Source: an uncultured virus (IMG/VR IMGVR_UViG_3300046171_000167)
Lineage: Duplodnaviria > Heunggongvirae > Uroviricota > Caudoviricetes > Crassvirales
IMG/VR virus record: IMGVR_UViG_3300046171_000167
Strand: one strand, 5' to 3'
DNA: 20,000 nt
Shown here: positions 8,141-16,501 of the stretch, in pieces
Layout: the number at the start of each line of letters is the position of its first letter
Position numbering within the stretch: position 1 is the stretch's first letter
The notes under the pieces: model-generated
The model's input: only the letters and a program-made list of their open reading frames with translations
Database searches by the model: none
Told to the model about the DNA's origin: nothing
Translations under genes and position numbers: made by a program

Positions 8141-9865
8141 TTAGCCATCACAAGCTAAACAATCTTCATCCATAGCTTGATCTGCAATATCTCCTCTCAG
8201 CACAGATTCCGTGCGCATATAGTATAAAGTTTTAATACCCTTCTTCCACGCTTCCATATGCACTTTATTAACCCACTTAGGTGAGGCTACACTAGGGAAG
8301 GCTAAGTTTAAACTTACAGATTGATCTATATATTGCTGGCGAATACCAGCTTGGTTTACCAACTCTAATTGATTAATTTCTTTAAAAGTTTTAAACACTT
8401 CTTTAGCTGGTATATCATTATACTTACCAACCATTATTTTGTCTAACTCTTTTAACCCTTGAACAGATCCACCGTCTTTAAGTATTTTACCCCACGTCTT
8501 TTCATTATCTAACTTATATTTTCTTAATAGCTTTTTTAACGATGGGTTCTTGCGTATAAAAGTTCCTTTAGCACTTTGCTCAGTAAATACGTTTGCAGCC
8601 CAAGGTTCTATTCCTGGCGAAACATTTCCGCTAAGCTTTGAATTACTAACAGTGGGAGCAATAGCGCGCAAATGAGTATTACGCATACCAGTACCACGGC
8701 ACCACAAAGGTTCACCATAAGTTTCTGCAAGCGCCATAGAAGCTCTTTCGCTCTCAATTTTAATTTGACTAAATATTCTTCTTGTTTCATATTGTGATAA
8801 TAAACCTTCAAAAGGCAAGCCTTTGTCTTGTAAATAAGTATGCCACCCAAGAACACCTAACCCTAAAGCTCTACCCTTCTCGGCAGATCTTACTGAATTG
8901 TGAAATCCAACTTTACCTTTTGATTTTTGTATAAACTCTTCTAACACGCCATCTAAAAACCATATACTATCGTATATTAGATTAGTGTTTTTCCATTCAT
9001 CATACTTAGCTAAGTTTAATGATGATAAACAACAAACAAAGCTATGAGACTCGTCTGTATGCAGCGTAATCTCAGAGCATATATTTGTCATATGTACTTT
9101 TAAACCGTGCTTTCTGTATTGCTCTGGATTATTTTTGTTTGTATTCCCCTTAAATAGCACGTAAGGTTCTCCAGTAGCTTTACGCTTTTGAAGTAATTTT
9201 CCCCAACGTTTTCTAGCTTCTGCATCTCCTTGTTCAAGCTGTCGCATAAACTTGTCGCCGACCACAGCGCACTGGTGGAGGTTGAGCGATTGACGATTAA
9301 CGTCTCCTTTAGGCTCACGTATTTCGAGCCACTCTTCGAAATCGGGGTGATCAATGTTAATATTAACCGATGCAGCTCCTCGTCTGACAGATCCTTGATT
9401 AGTGGCAAGTATTGTTGAATCGTATATCTTACAAAAAGGCACAACTCCGTCACTTGTTCCATTTCCTGTTATATTAGCGCCGGCAGGACGAATCATATTA
9501 ACGCCAATACCAACCCCGCCGCCGTGTTTTGCTAGTAGCATCATCTCTAAATTTTTATTACCTATCTCGTATATAGAGTCTCCTACATCAATGCCGAAGC
9601 ATGATATTGGCAAACCTCTATCAGAACCTGTGTTGGAGAGCACAGGGGACGCTAAGCATAACCAACCATTCCATATATATTCAAAAAATATTTTAGCCAA
9701 TTCTGGCTTACCTAAACGCTTTGCAACCGTGTTGCATACTCTATTGTATGCGTCTCTAGGCGACTCATCGCCGACTAAATAACCGCCTCCAATTGTTTTT
9801 TTATAAACTTCAGTTTCTCCCCATGAGGGATAGTCCGTTCCTTTAATCCATTCTTTATTCCACAT
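8141..9865 (-). CDS. nrdA: Class I ribonucleotide reductase, alpha subunit (no ATP cone)
   Basis: LASPVLSN, PISCF, GGGVG, TNICSEI (catalytic N-x-C-x-E), LGLGVLG, AIAPTVSNS, DQSVSLN, KTLYY and C-terminal CLAC. The start is set at 9865 (MWNKEW) because it overlaps the upstream stop as TAATG. Confidence 0.96.
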   Translation of the reverse strand: MWNKEWIKGTDYPSWGETEVYKKTIGGGYLVGDESPRDAYNRVCNTVAKRLGKPELAKIFFEYIWNGWLCLASPVLSNTGSDRGLPISCFGIDVGDSIYEIGNKNLEMMLLAKHGGGVGIGVNMIRPAGANITGNGTSDGVVPFCKIYDSTILATNQGSVRRGAASVNINIDHPDFEEWLEIREPKGDVNRQSLNLHQCAVVGDKFMRQLEQGDAEARKRWGKLLQKRKATGEPYVLFKGNTNKNNPEQYRKHGLKVHMTNICSEITLHTDESHSFVCCLSSLNLAKYDEWKNTNLIYDSIWFLDGVLEEFIQKSKGKVGFHNSVRSAEKGRALGLGVLGWHTYLQDKGLPFEGLLSQYETRRIFSQIKIESERASMALAETYGEPLWCRGTGMRNTHLRAIAPTVSNSKLSGNVSPGIEPWAANVFTEQSAKGTFIRKNPSLKKLLRKYKLDNEKTWGKILKDGGSVQGLKELDKIMVGKYNDIPAKEVFKTFKEINQLELVNQAGIRQQYIDQSVSLNLAFPSVASPKWVNKVHMEAWKKGIKTLYYMRTESVLRGDIADQAMDEDCLACDG

Positions 9866-10131
9866 TATATTAAAAAGTGTTTTATCCAAGCGATCAATCC
9901 GTTAAGATTTAACGCTACTAAATTCCATTGTTTTCTATAGCTTGTTTGTACCATAACACATATAAAGCCTATTATATATAGTCTAGGGTCTATGGTCCAT
10001 TGAGCAGCGATCAAAAAACCACTGCCCATATATCCCACTCTAATTGCTAATCTTTCTTCAGGTCTCAAACGCTGGCTCTTCACTAGCGTCTTCAGCCATT
10101 TCCTTTTTAAGCTTTTCAATTGCTTCTTCAT
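9865..10131 (-). CDS. Small integral membrane protein (about 3 short TM segments); start uncertain
   Basis: Hydrophobic segments VGYMGSGFLIAAQW, LYIIGFICVMVQT and WNLVALNLNGLIAWI. The stop is coupled to the nrdA ATG. Confidence 0.6.
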   Translation of the reverse strand: MKKQLKSLKRKWLKTLVKSQRLRPEERLAIRVGYMGSGFLIAAQWTIDPRLYIIGFICVMVQTSYRKQWNLVALNLNGLIAWIKHFLI

Positions 10132-10270
10132 AACCAGGTAGGTCTTTAATTATTTTGCTGTTTCCAAAAGATAATGTTTTTAAATGCTCTATTTCTTTCA
10201 TTAATCCTTGTGTTATAGAGCCTAAAACTTCTATCTTTCTTTGCATTTCTATTAATTTACTTTCTTTCAT
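10058..10270 (-). CDS. Hypothetical protein (coiled coil)
   Basis: 70-aa ORF starting 12 nt after the nrdB stop, in the operon direction. Confidence 0.7.
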   Translation of the reverse strand: MKESKLIEMQRKIEVLGSITQGLMKEIEHLKTLSFGNSKIIKDLPGYEEAIEKLKKEMAEDASEEPAFET

Positions 10271-10282
10271 TGTTATTATTTT

Positions 10283-11260
10283 TTACCACACATCATCCCA
10301 ATCTTCTCCTTCATTTGCTTTACTGTAGTCAGTCGGCCTAATAGCGAAAAAATCAGTATGGGTATGCCCGCCGGTAAGATGATCAAACCAAGCCATTTTA
10401 TCAATTGACTTTTGGTCATATTCAAACTTAAATTTACCTTCTTGTTTATAACCCAACTCTTGAATTTTGTCACCCGTGCGTTTTTTAATAAACTGTTTAA
10501 GATCATATTCTGTTATTCCTTCAATATCACCCATTTCAAATAACTTAGATATGTAAGTCATTTCGGCGTTGTGCATAGTTAAAGCTGCATCGTACACATG
10601 CTCCTTACATTCTTCTTTTAACCCCGGTATTTGGGAACACATATGTCTAAATAATTGACAACCCATTTTAGAATGTAATGACTCATCTCTTACGGACCAT
10701 TTCATTTGTTGACCAATACCCTTTAATAGGTTTCTCATTTGAAAAGAATAAAGTACAGCAAAAGCAGAGTAAAGGCTAACACCTTCCGCAAAAGCACTAA
10801 ACACAGCAAGAGACTTGCCAATCCCCACAGGATCGGATCCCTCGTAAGCAACCAAATTTTCAAATCTTTTAGCAGTCGCAGGTTCATGTAAAAAAGCTTC
10901 ATAATCTTCTAACCCTAAAGTTTCATTTAAATAACTGTAAGCAACAGCGTGTATTGTTTCTTGCGAACCAAACATCATTGCCATTTGTTGTATCTCGTGT
11001 TTAGGAAACCACGATACGACCTTCTGGGTCCAATAGTCTGAAACAGCGCATTCGGTTTGCGCGAATCCAAGAAGTATGTTCCCAACAAGGTGTTTTTCTT
11101 TTTCATTAAGTCTTTCATTCCAATCTTTTAAATCGCCAGACATAGGTATTTCGGTATGTAGCCAAAAAGCCTGGGCTTGTTTTAACCAACCTTCTGTATA
11201 ATACTCTGGGTATTCAAAAGGCTTATAAGGTATTCTAGGTGTAAATAAAGGCGCTTTCAT
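10283..11260 (-). CDS. nrdB: Class I ribonucleotide reductase, beta subunit
   Basis: YKPFEYP, FWLHTE, metal ligands AQTE, ETIH, AEG and DESLH, radical-site Tyr (HAVAY), and C-terminal TDFF...PTDY. Confidence 0.96.
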   Translation of the reverse strand: MKAPLFTPRIPYKPFEYPEYYTEGWLKQAQAFWLHTEIPMSGDLKDWNERLNEKEKHLVGNILLGFAQTECAVSDYWTQKVVSWFPKHEIQQMAMMFGSQETIHAVAYSYLNETLGLEDYEAFLHEPATAKRFENLVAYEGSDPVGIGKSLAVFSAFAEGVSLYSAFAVLYSFQMRNLLKGIGQQMKWSVRDESLHSKMGCQLFRHMCSQIPGLKEECKEHVYDAALTMHNAEMTYISKLFEMGDIEGITEYDLKQFIKKRTGDKIQELGYKQEGKFKFEYDQKSIDKMAWFDHLTGGHTHTDFFAIRPTDYSKANEGEDWDDVW

Positions 11261-11261
11261 A

Positions 11262-11423
11262 TTATTTTTCTATTTCTATTGCTACGTCTACAAACGGCAG
11301 GTAAATTACGTGCTGTTTATGCGCCGGTCCATCGTATGATCTTGCTCCAAATAATATGCCAGGATAAAACCCTAAGCTAATGCTCCAGTCTTTATCGGCC
11401 TTGCCCTCTGTATTTTTTAACAT
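11262..11423 (-). CDS. Hypothetical 53-aa protein (not in ORF track)
   Basis: MLKNTEGKADKDWSISLGFYPGILFGARSYDGPAHKQHVIYLPFVDVAIEIEK*; the stop lies 1 nt before the nrdB ATG. Confidence 0.7.
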   Translation of the reverse strand: MLKNTEGKADKDWSISLGFYPGILFGARSYDGPAHKQHVIYLPFVDVAIEIEK

Positions 11424-11526
11424 AATTTTTACTTGTTTTATTATTACTTGTTTTACTTTTAGCGTGTACTCCTTTACGACGCTTTTTTTGATTTTCTATA
11501 TACGTATATACTGCTGCTTTAGCCAT
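11392..11526 (-). CDS. 44-aa highly basic peptide ending in KKYRGQGR (not in ORF track)
   Basis: MAKAAVYTYIENQKKRRKGVHAKSKTSNNKTSKNYVKKYRGQGR*; overlaps both neighbouring ORFs, which tile the gap completely. Confidence 0.75.
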   Translation of the reverse strand: MAKAAVYTYIENQKKRRKGVHAKSKTSNNKTSKNYVKKYRGQGR

Positions 11527-11695
11527 GATAACATTTTATATTATACTTTTCGTGATATTCTAAGATATGCTTATATTTAACATATCCCTTTTTTTCTATA
11601 GACCACTTCACAAACTTATCAATCTGCCTCTGCGCGTATTTTCTCCTTGCTAGTTCTTTGCTTTGAACAGGAGTTGTTCTATTACTTTGTCGCAT
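11519..11695 (-). CDS. Hypothetical 58-aa basic protein (not in ORF track)
   Basis: MRQSNRTTPVQSKELARRKYAQRQIDKFVKWSIEKKGYVKYKHILEYHEKYNIKCYHG*; overlaps the resolvase end and the next start. Confidence 0.6.
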   Translation of the reverse strand: MRQSNRTTPVQSKELARRKYAQRQIDKFVKWSIEKKGYVKYKHILEYHEKYNIKCYHG

Positions 11696-12111
11696 TCTGC
11701 TTGATTTTGTGGTTTATATAATGTGTATTGAGGAAACTGTTTTGTAACTAACAATTTAAATAATTTCCAACGCATTGGAAAAGATTCATTAGCTCGCCCT
11801 TTCGTTTCTATTATAAAATCTTCACCTATAAAATCAGGCGTGTATTTTATTGGTAATATACGTTTACCTCCTCTGTTTTTAAAATCACCCTTACCATTAG
11901 CTTGACGTGCATAGCATTCGTTTGGAAAATGAAATCCATTTATTAATACAAACGTTTCGCCTTCGTATTTAGCTTTTATTTTAGCTTTTCTTAAAGCCAT
12001 ATACATATACCTTTCAAGCCCTGAGGCAAAGTTGATACCATCATATGATATCTTCTTTGCTTGTACAGGCCCTCTTTTTTTTCTTCTATAAGATCTCTTC
12101 TTCATAAACAT
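11650..12111 (-). CDS. T7 endonuclease I-like Holliday junction resolvase
   Basis: FASGLE, YEGE, YTPDF and IIETKG motifs of the endonuclease I PD-(D/E)xK family. Confidence 0.8.
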   Translation of the reverse strand: MFMKKRSYRRKKRGPVQAKKISYDGINFASGLERYMYMALRKAKIKAKYEGETFVLINGFHFPNECYARQANGKGDFKNRGGKRILPIKYTPDFIGEDFIIETKGRANESFPMRWKLFKLLVTKQFPQYTLYKPQNQAECDKVIEQLLFKAKN

Positions 12112-12361
12112 CTAAATTGTTTATGCCGTCAGCTATCTGCTCTTGCGCGTCTCTAATATAACATTCTTCAATTTCTTCACGCAATATAGATCTAGCTTTT
12201 TCTATATAGTTAACAGCATCCATTAATTCTTCTTGTAAGTGATTAAGCCATGTGTCTAAGGTTTGCTCATCATCTTCTAAAGTAACGCCGTATTTTTTAT
12301 AACCGACATCTGACCTAGACTTAATTTTATTTACAACTCTTTCAATAATTTTATCTCTCAT
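12086..12361 (-). CDS. Small all-alpha protein, possibly nucleotide pyrophosphohydrolase-related
   Basis: RSDVGYKKYG...WLNHLQEELMDAVNY with an EExxD acidic helix; adjacent to the MazG-domain gene. Confidence 0.55.
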   Translation of the reverse strand: MRDKIIERVVNKIKSRSDVGYKKYGVTLEDDEQTLDTWLNHLQEELMDAVNYIEKARSILREEIEECYIRDAQEQIADGINNLDVYEEEIL

Positions 12362-12362
12362 A

Positions 12363-13127
12363 TTAATCTTTTACAAATGTTCCATTAATCATTTTACCTG
12401 TTCTAAGAGCTATTTCATTATAAGCTGAATCGATACAGTCTTCTATTTCCATATTTTCTAAATGAGCTAAATTAGTTAGCACAACAACCATATCTCCAAT
12501 AGCATCTTTTATTTCAAATTTGTCATGCTTTAATATAGCGCTTGCTAATTCTCCCGCTTCTTCCATTAGTTTAGTATATTGAGTTCTGCTATCTCCAGCA
12601 TCATATATACCTCGTTTGGCTGCCCAATCGCGTATTAAATCAAATCTGTGATCTGTTTTTGGAATTTCTTTTGGATTATGCTTAAGATTAAAAAAAGCTT
12701 CATAGAAAGCTTTATTATAAATGTAAGATCTACTAGGGTTATACATAGATTCTTTAACATTTTGCATTATCCAAGGAACGTGCTCTGCTTTAAGTTCAAA
12801 GTCATATCCTTGCGGTGTTGTCCATTGTAAACCAATATGATCCATAAGATTACCTTTTAATTTATTTAAAGGATAAGGAAACGTTGTGGTTTGTTCAGTT
12901 GCATTTAATTTCATTTTATTGAACATGTTTTTATAAGGTTTTCTATCTATTTTATAGCCATAAGACTTTTGAAGCTCTATCTCACGCTCAGATATATAAT
13001 CTATATCTTTACTTTGATCAAGAACTTCATATTCATTAGGTGCGTAACCCTGGACTTCCGTAACCCTCTTATTAAGATTACGTGTTACGCCAATTTTTTT
13101 ACCAGGTATGTGATATATATAATACAT
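12363..13127 (-). CDS. Fusion protein: GIY-YIG-like N-terminal domain plus C-terminal MazG-like NTP pyrophosphohydrolase
   Basis: C-terminus WAAKRGI...KLMEEAGELA...IKDAIGDMVVVL (MazG-like EExxE...DxxGD). N-terminus YYIY...KIGVT-x-NL-x-KR...REIELQ resembles GIY-YIG/T5orf172 nucleases. Confidence 0.75.
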   Translation of the reverse strand: MYYIYHIPGKKIGVTRNLNKRVTEVQGYAPNEYEVLDQSKDIDYISEREIELQKSYGYKIDRKPYKNMFNKMKLNATEQTTTFPYPLNKLKGNLMDHIGLQWTTPQGYDFELKAEHVPWIMQNVKESMYNPSRSYIYNKAFYEAFFNLKHNPKEIPKTDHRFDLIRDWAAKRGIYDAGDSRTQYTKLMEEAGELASAILKHDKFEIKDAIGDMVVVLTNLAHLENMEIEDCIDSAYNEIALRTGKMINGTFVKD

Positions 13128-13135
13128 ATTTTTCT

Positions 13136-13976
13136 TTAGTTACCAACACTCAACTCTGCTTTAATTGCAGGGTAAGGATTGTATTTAATTAATTGAATTT
13201 CATCTGCTTTAGGTATATATACTTTATTATTTAATTTACCTAATTCGGAATACATATATATTCCTTGGTCCAAATGTAAAAATGGTAATGCTCTTTTAGA
13301 CCTATCTAAATATATTTTAGCTTGATCAAAATGATTGTTATATAAATGACAATCACCTAATTGACCAATAAGCTTCCCAGCTTCTAATTTAGCACCTTTA
13401 GCCAGCATCTCTAATAGTAAACCATACATTACAATATCGTAAGGCAATCCTAAAAACACATCAGCTGATCTTTGCTGCCACATCAAATCTATAACACCGT
13501 TGTTAATATAAACTTGAAAAGCATAATGGCATGGGGGCAAAACCATATCATTCATTTCATGTGGAGCCCATGCACTAACTATAAGACGCCTAGAATTTGG
13601 ATTAGTACTTATGCTATGCACAAGCTTTTCGAGCTGATCTACGCCGTTAAAATCACGCCATTGTTTTCCATACACAGGGCCTAAAGTTTCGTCTGTTCTA
13701 CCTGAACGCTCATAATCTGGTCGCCAATACTTAACCCCATTGTCTTCAAGATATTTAAGATCAGTTCTACCATTTAATATCCAAAGCAACTCTGTGCGAG
13801 CCTGCATTAAAACTTATCTTCTTTCCTGTAAGTATAGGGAAGCCCAATGACATATCGTGCTTAATCGTTCTTCCGAAGACAGCTTTCGTCCCTGTGCCTG
13901 TTCTATCCTCCTTATCCAATCCTCCGTAGAGAATTCCTGCCATAAGTCCTTTGTATTCATTTTCTATATTTGTCAT
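13136..13976 (-). CDS. thyA: Thymidylate synthase (one apparent +1 insertion at 13801-13802)
   Basis: DRTGTGT...FPILTGKKISFN in one frame joins RTELLW...LGPVYGKQWR...SRR...LPPCH...QRSADVFLGLPYD...GDCHLYNNH in the next. Removing one base gives 279 aa (ISFNAARTELLW). Confidence 0.95.
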
Positions 13977-14226
13977 AATAATAATTACATGCTTTAAATA
14001 CTTGTTCTTGTATTTCCGTTATGTTATAAGTCTGAGGTGATTCATTCCACTTTTTATAATCAGAGCCCATACTAACAGTTACTTTAAAATTTTCAGGATA
14101 CATACCCTGCTCTTGAGGCAACATACTAATCCTTATATTATTTCTAACGCAATATCTAAAAGCCTCCCAATCTTTAGGGGTCGGTTGATAATAATATCCT
14201 GCTGTTTTTCTTTTCTTTCTAGGCAT
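13957..14226 (-). CDS. Hypothetical protein
   Basis: 89-aa ORF; its start overlaps the primase-helicase stop and its end overlaps the thyA start. Confidence 0.7.
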   Translation of the reverse strand: MPRKKRKTAGYYYQPTPKDWEAFRYCVRNNIRISMLPQEQGMYPENFKVTVSMGSDYKKWNESPQTYNITEIQEQVFKACNYYYDKYRK

Positions 14227-15944
14227 TACTCCCAGGGCATTACTTCATTTTCTAAACTAACTGGATAGTGTGGAATAAAACAACCTGATCTAGGTTCCCA
14301 TTTAAAATGTGCTTCAGCTCCATTGTCCCCTAAGTTTTGAAATTTAACTTTTAGTACTTTTGCTTTAACTGTTTTTTCTTCATAATTTCTATGCACTAAT
14401 ATACCATGGTAACTAGCATCATACCATTCTCCTCCCCCTTTAATGTTGTACATTGTAGGCTCCTCAATTTTGCCGTCTTTGTCTTTATACATTTTAGTTG
14501 GGTGAGCTACAATAAAAACTAATACGTCATACTTTTTGCAAAACATTTCTATTTTACTTAAGTAATCCATAGTATATCTATTTACATCTTCTGTCTTAGC
14601 ATCAACATCTCTAACTTTATTAAAAGGATCTATAACCAAACATTTAATACCTTTACGTTTAACAAGCTCTGCTCCCTTTCGTAAAACTGATTCAAGTGTA
14701 TACCGTTCCATATCAATAAAAAAGAAGTTGTCATTTACGTGCTCCGCTACCTGATTCCATTTATCTCCACCTATATCTTTTTTTGTAGGCATATCTTGCC
14801 AAACTTTTCTCATTAATTTATGAGCGTGTAGATATGTTGGCGCATTTTCCGGGCTAGCAAAAGCTGTTTTCCAACCATAGTTTGCGTTATATCCGACAAC
14901 CATTTGATCGACAAAATCTGATTTCCCTGAACTTGGTATACCGGTGACAGTAATAAATTGACTAGTGTAAGTTGAAAAGATATTGTCAAAATTATCAAGG
15001 CCAATTTGAAATCCTTTTTTAAAGCCATTAGTAACAAAATCAGTAATCTCTCCTTCAATATCTTTGAATGTCGTAACATTCTCAAGCGGTACTGGTCTTG
15101 GTTTTGAAACACACTCTGCCAATTTTTCTTTTCCATATTCTAATAAATACTCGTTTGCATCTTTGCAACCATTAAAATCTATTAAATAACACGTCTCAGC
15201 TCCTAGTCTTCTTATTAACTCTTTTTCTAAAGCTTGACCCGCTTCGTCTGAATCAACCGCAATTATTATTTTTTCTTTATCAGTAAAATAATCTATACAG
15301 TTATCTAAATAATCTAAGTTATTACTATTAAGTGTTGCACCGTTCGGTACTGACACCACATTCTTTACACCAGCTTCGTATAAAGAAAGGGCATCCATTT
15401 CTCCTTCTACAATAACACATTCGTCGTAACCGACTATACTGTTAATATTGTAGAACACTTTTTCGGCGCCCTTATATAACTTAAAGTTTTTACGACCGTC
15501 CCTGTATTTTACATTAATTAGTTGATCGCCCATATAGTAATTAAACTGTATGGTATTCTCGGTCTTACCGGTTTGAGGCATCCATTCAGATCCCTCTGTA
15601 ACTTTTAAAGCCTGTAGAGTGGCAGGCGAGATTCCTCTGCCTTTAAACCACTCCTCGACTTTAGTGCCAACTACTTTCGTTACTTCAGGTGTTGTAGGCC
15701 TAATATATTCTTTTGTAGACCCGCCTTTCCTTTGGTAAGTGTGTAGTTGAAATGTTTCATTACAATTGTGGCAAGTACCGAGACCTCTTTTCCAATCATA
15801 AGAAGCACACTTTGCTTTCTTATTAGTTGCTTTCCTGGTGTGAGAACACAAAGGACAAGTCCCTTGCGCTTTACCCACATCAAGATCATGCTGATTAAAT
15901 TGGTCTATCTGGAAACCATTAATTTCCGTACTTTCTACTTGCAT
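14226..15944 (-). CDS. Bifunctional DNA primase-helicase (T7 gp4/Twinkle-like)
   Basis: Zn finger CPLC...CHNC, TOPRIM IVEGEMDALS and DSDEAG, KDANE, Walker A GIPSSGKS, Walker B LVIDP, and VAHP. Confidence 0.93.
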   Translation of the reverse strand: MQVESTEINGFQIDQFNQHDLDVGKAQGTCPLCSHTRKATNKKAKCASYDWKRGLGTCHNCNETFQLHTYQRKGGSTKEYIRPTTPEVTKVVGTKVEEWFKGRGISPATLQALKVTEGSEWMPQTGKTENTIQFNYYMGDQLINVKYRDGRKNFKLYKGAEKVFYNINSIVGYDECVIVEGEMDALSLYEAGVKNVVSVPNGATLNSNNLDYLDNCIDYFTDKEKIIIAVDSDEAGQALEKELIRRLGAETCYLIDFNGCKDANEYLLEYGKEKLAECVSKPRPVPLENVTTFKDIEGEITDFVTNGFKKGFQIGLDNFDNIFSTYTSQFITVTGIPSSGKSDFVDQMVVGYNANYGWKTAFASPENAPTYLHAHKLMRKVWQDMPTKKDIGGDKWNQVAEHVNDNFFFIDMERYTLESVLRKGAELVKRKGIKCLVIDPFNKVRDVDAKTEDVNRYTMDYLSKIEMFCKKYDVLVFIVAHPTKMYKDKDGKIEEPTMYNIKGGGEWYDASYHGILVHRNYEEKTVKAKVLKVKFQNLGDNGAEAHFKWEPRSGCFIPHYPVSLENEVMPWE

Positions 15945-15954
15945 TTAATTGTTT

Positions 15955-16273
15955 TTAGAATGGTAAATCATCTGCTGGTGCAACTGCTGGTTGCGGCTGT
16001 GCAGAAGTTTGCTGTACATCATTTCGTGGTGCCGCCGGAACATTATCTCCATTAGTCCACACGACTTGAACATTACCTAAGTAAGTCTTTGGTGTTTTAG
16101 CTTCTCTTTCTTCTTTACTTTGTGCTACAACTACAGGACCTTGATTACCAAATTGATCTACTTCATCGTTTAAAGTAATAGTTATTGGTAGGTATTTACC
16201 CTTTCTTGCCATCGATAATTTTGCTTTTATCAATAGCATTTAAGTTAATACTTGTCTTTATAATACTTGCCAT
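15955..16273 (-). CDS. Putative single-stranded DNA-binding protein (one apparent +1 insertion at 16199-16201)
   Basis: Corrected: MASIIKTSINLNAIDKSKIIDGKKGKYLPITITLNDEVDQFGNQG...YLGN...PADDLPF (105 aa). It has a flexible linker and an acidic DDLPF tail typical of SSBs. The ATG at 16273 is coupled to the upstream stop (TAATG). Confidence 0.65.
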
Positions 16274-16452
16274 TATGCGTATGCGTTTAATTTATTAAAT
16301 AAAGTTTGCAACCTAGATGTCTTTACACCTGTTGCTCTCCTAAAGTTATCAACTACTTTAGAATGTGTTTGATTAGAATAAAATTCTGTTGTAGGTAAAT
16401 TCATACCGGTTACACTACAAGTTCTTGTTTGCATTTTTTTTGCTCTTGCCAT
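16273..16452 (-). CDS. Hypothetical 59-aa protein (not in ORF track)
   Basis: MARAKKMQTRTCSVTGMNLPTTEFYSNQTHSKVVDNFRRATGVKTSRLQTLFNKLNAYA*; follows the promoter motif and its stop overlaps the next ATG. Confidence 0.75.
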   Translation of the reverse strand: MARAKKMQTRTCSVTGMNLPTTEFYSNQTHSKVVDNFRRATGVKTSRLQTLFNKLNAYA

Positions 16453-16473
16453 AAGATTTAATTTAAATTTAAC

Positions 16474-16497
16474 ATATTATCTATTTATATTCGTGTT
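16474..16497 (-). promoter_or_regulatory. Candidate phage promoter AACACGA-N9-GATAATAT
   Basis: Intergenic, 21 nt upstream of the ATG at 16452. Matches the copy at 19937-19960 in both boxes with the same 9-nt spacing. Confidence 0.65.
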
Positions 16498-16501
16498 ATC
16501 C

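Noticed and set aside
8608..9782. Alternative-frame and antisense ORFs within nrdA (8608, 9100, 9230, 9402)
   Set aside because: They are fully nested in a well-supported gene and have no recognisable motifs.
11380..11580. 66-aa hydrophobic ORF on the + strand
   Set aside because: It is the antisense shadow of Lys-rich - strand microproteins that tile the region with coupled starts and stops.
13790..13810. Programmed ribosomal frameshift or intron in thyA
   Set aside because: There is no slippery heptamer or inserted sequence. Removing one base restores the normal ThyA sequence, and the site matches the window-wide GCT to GCCT signature.
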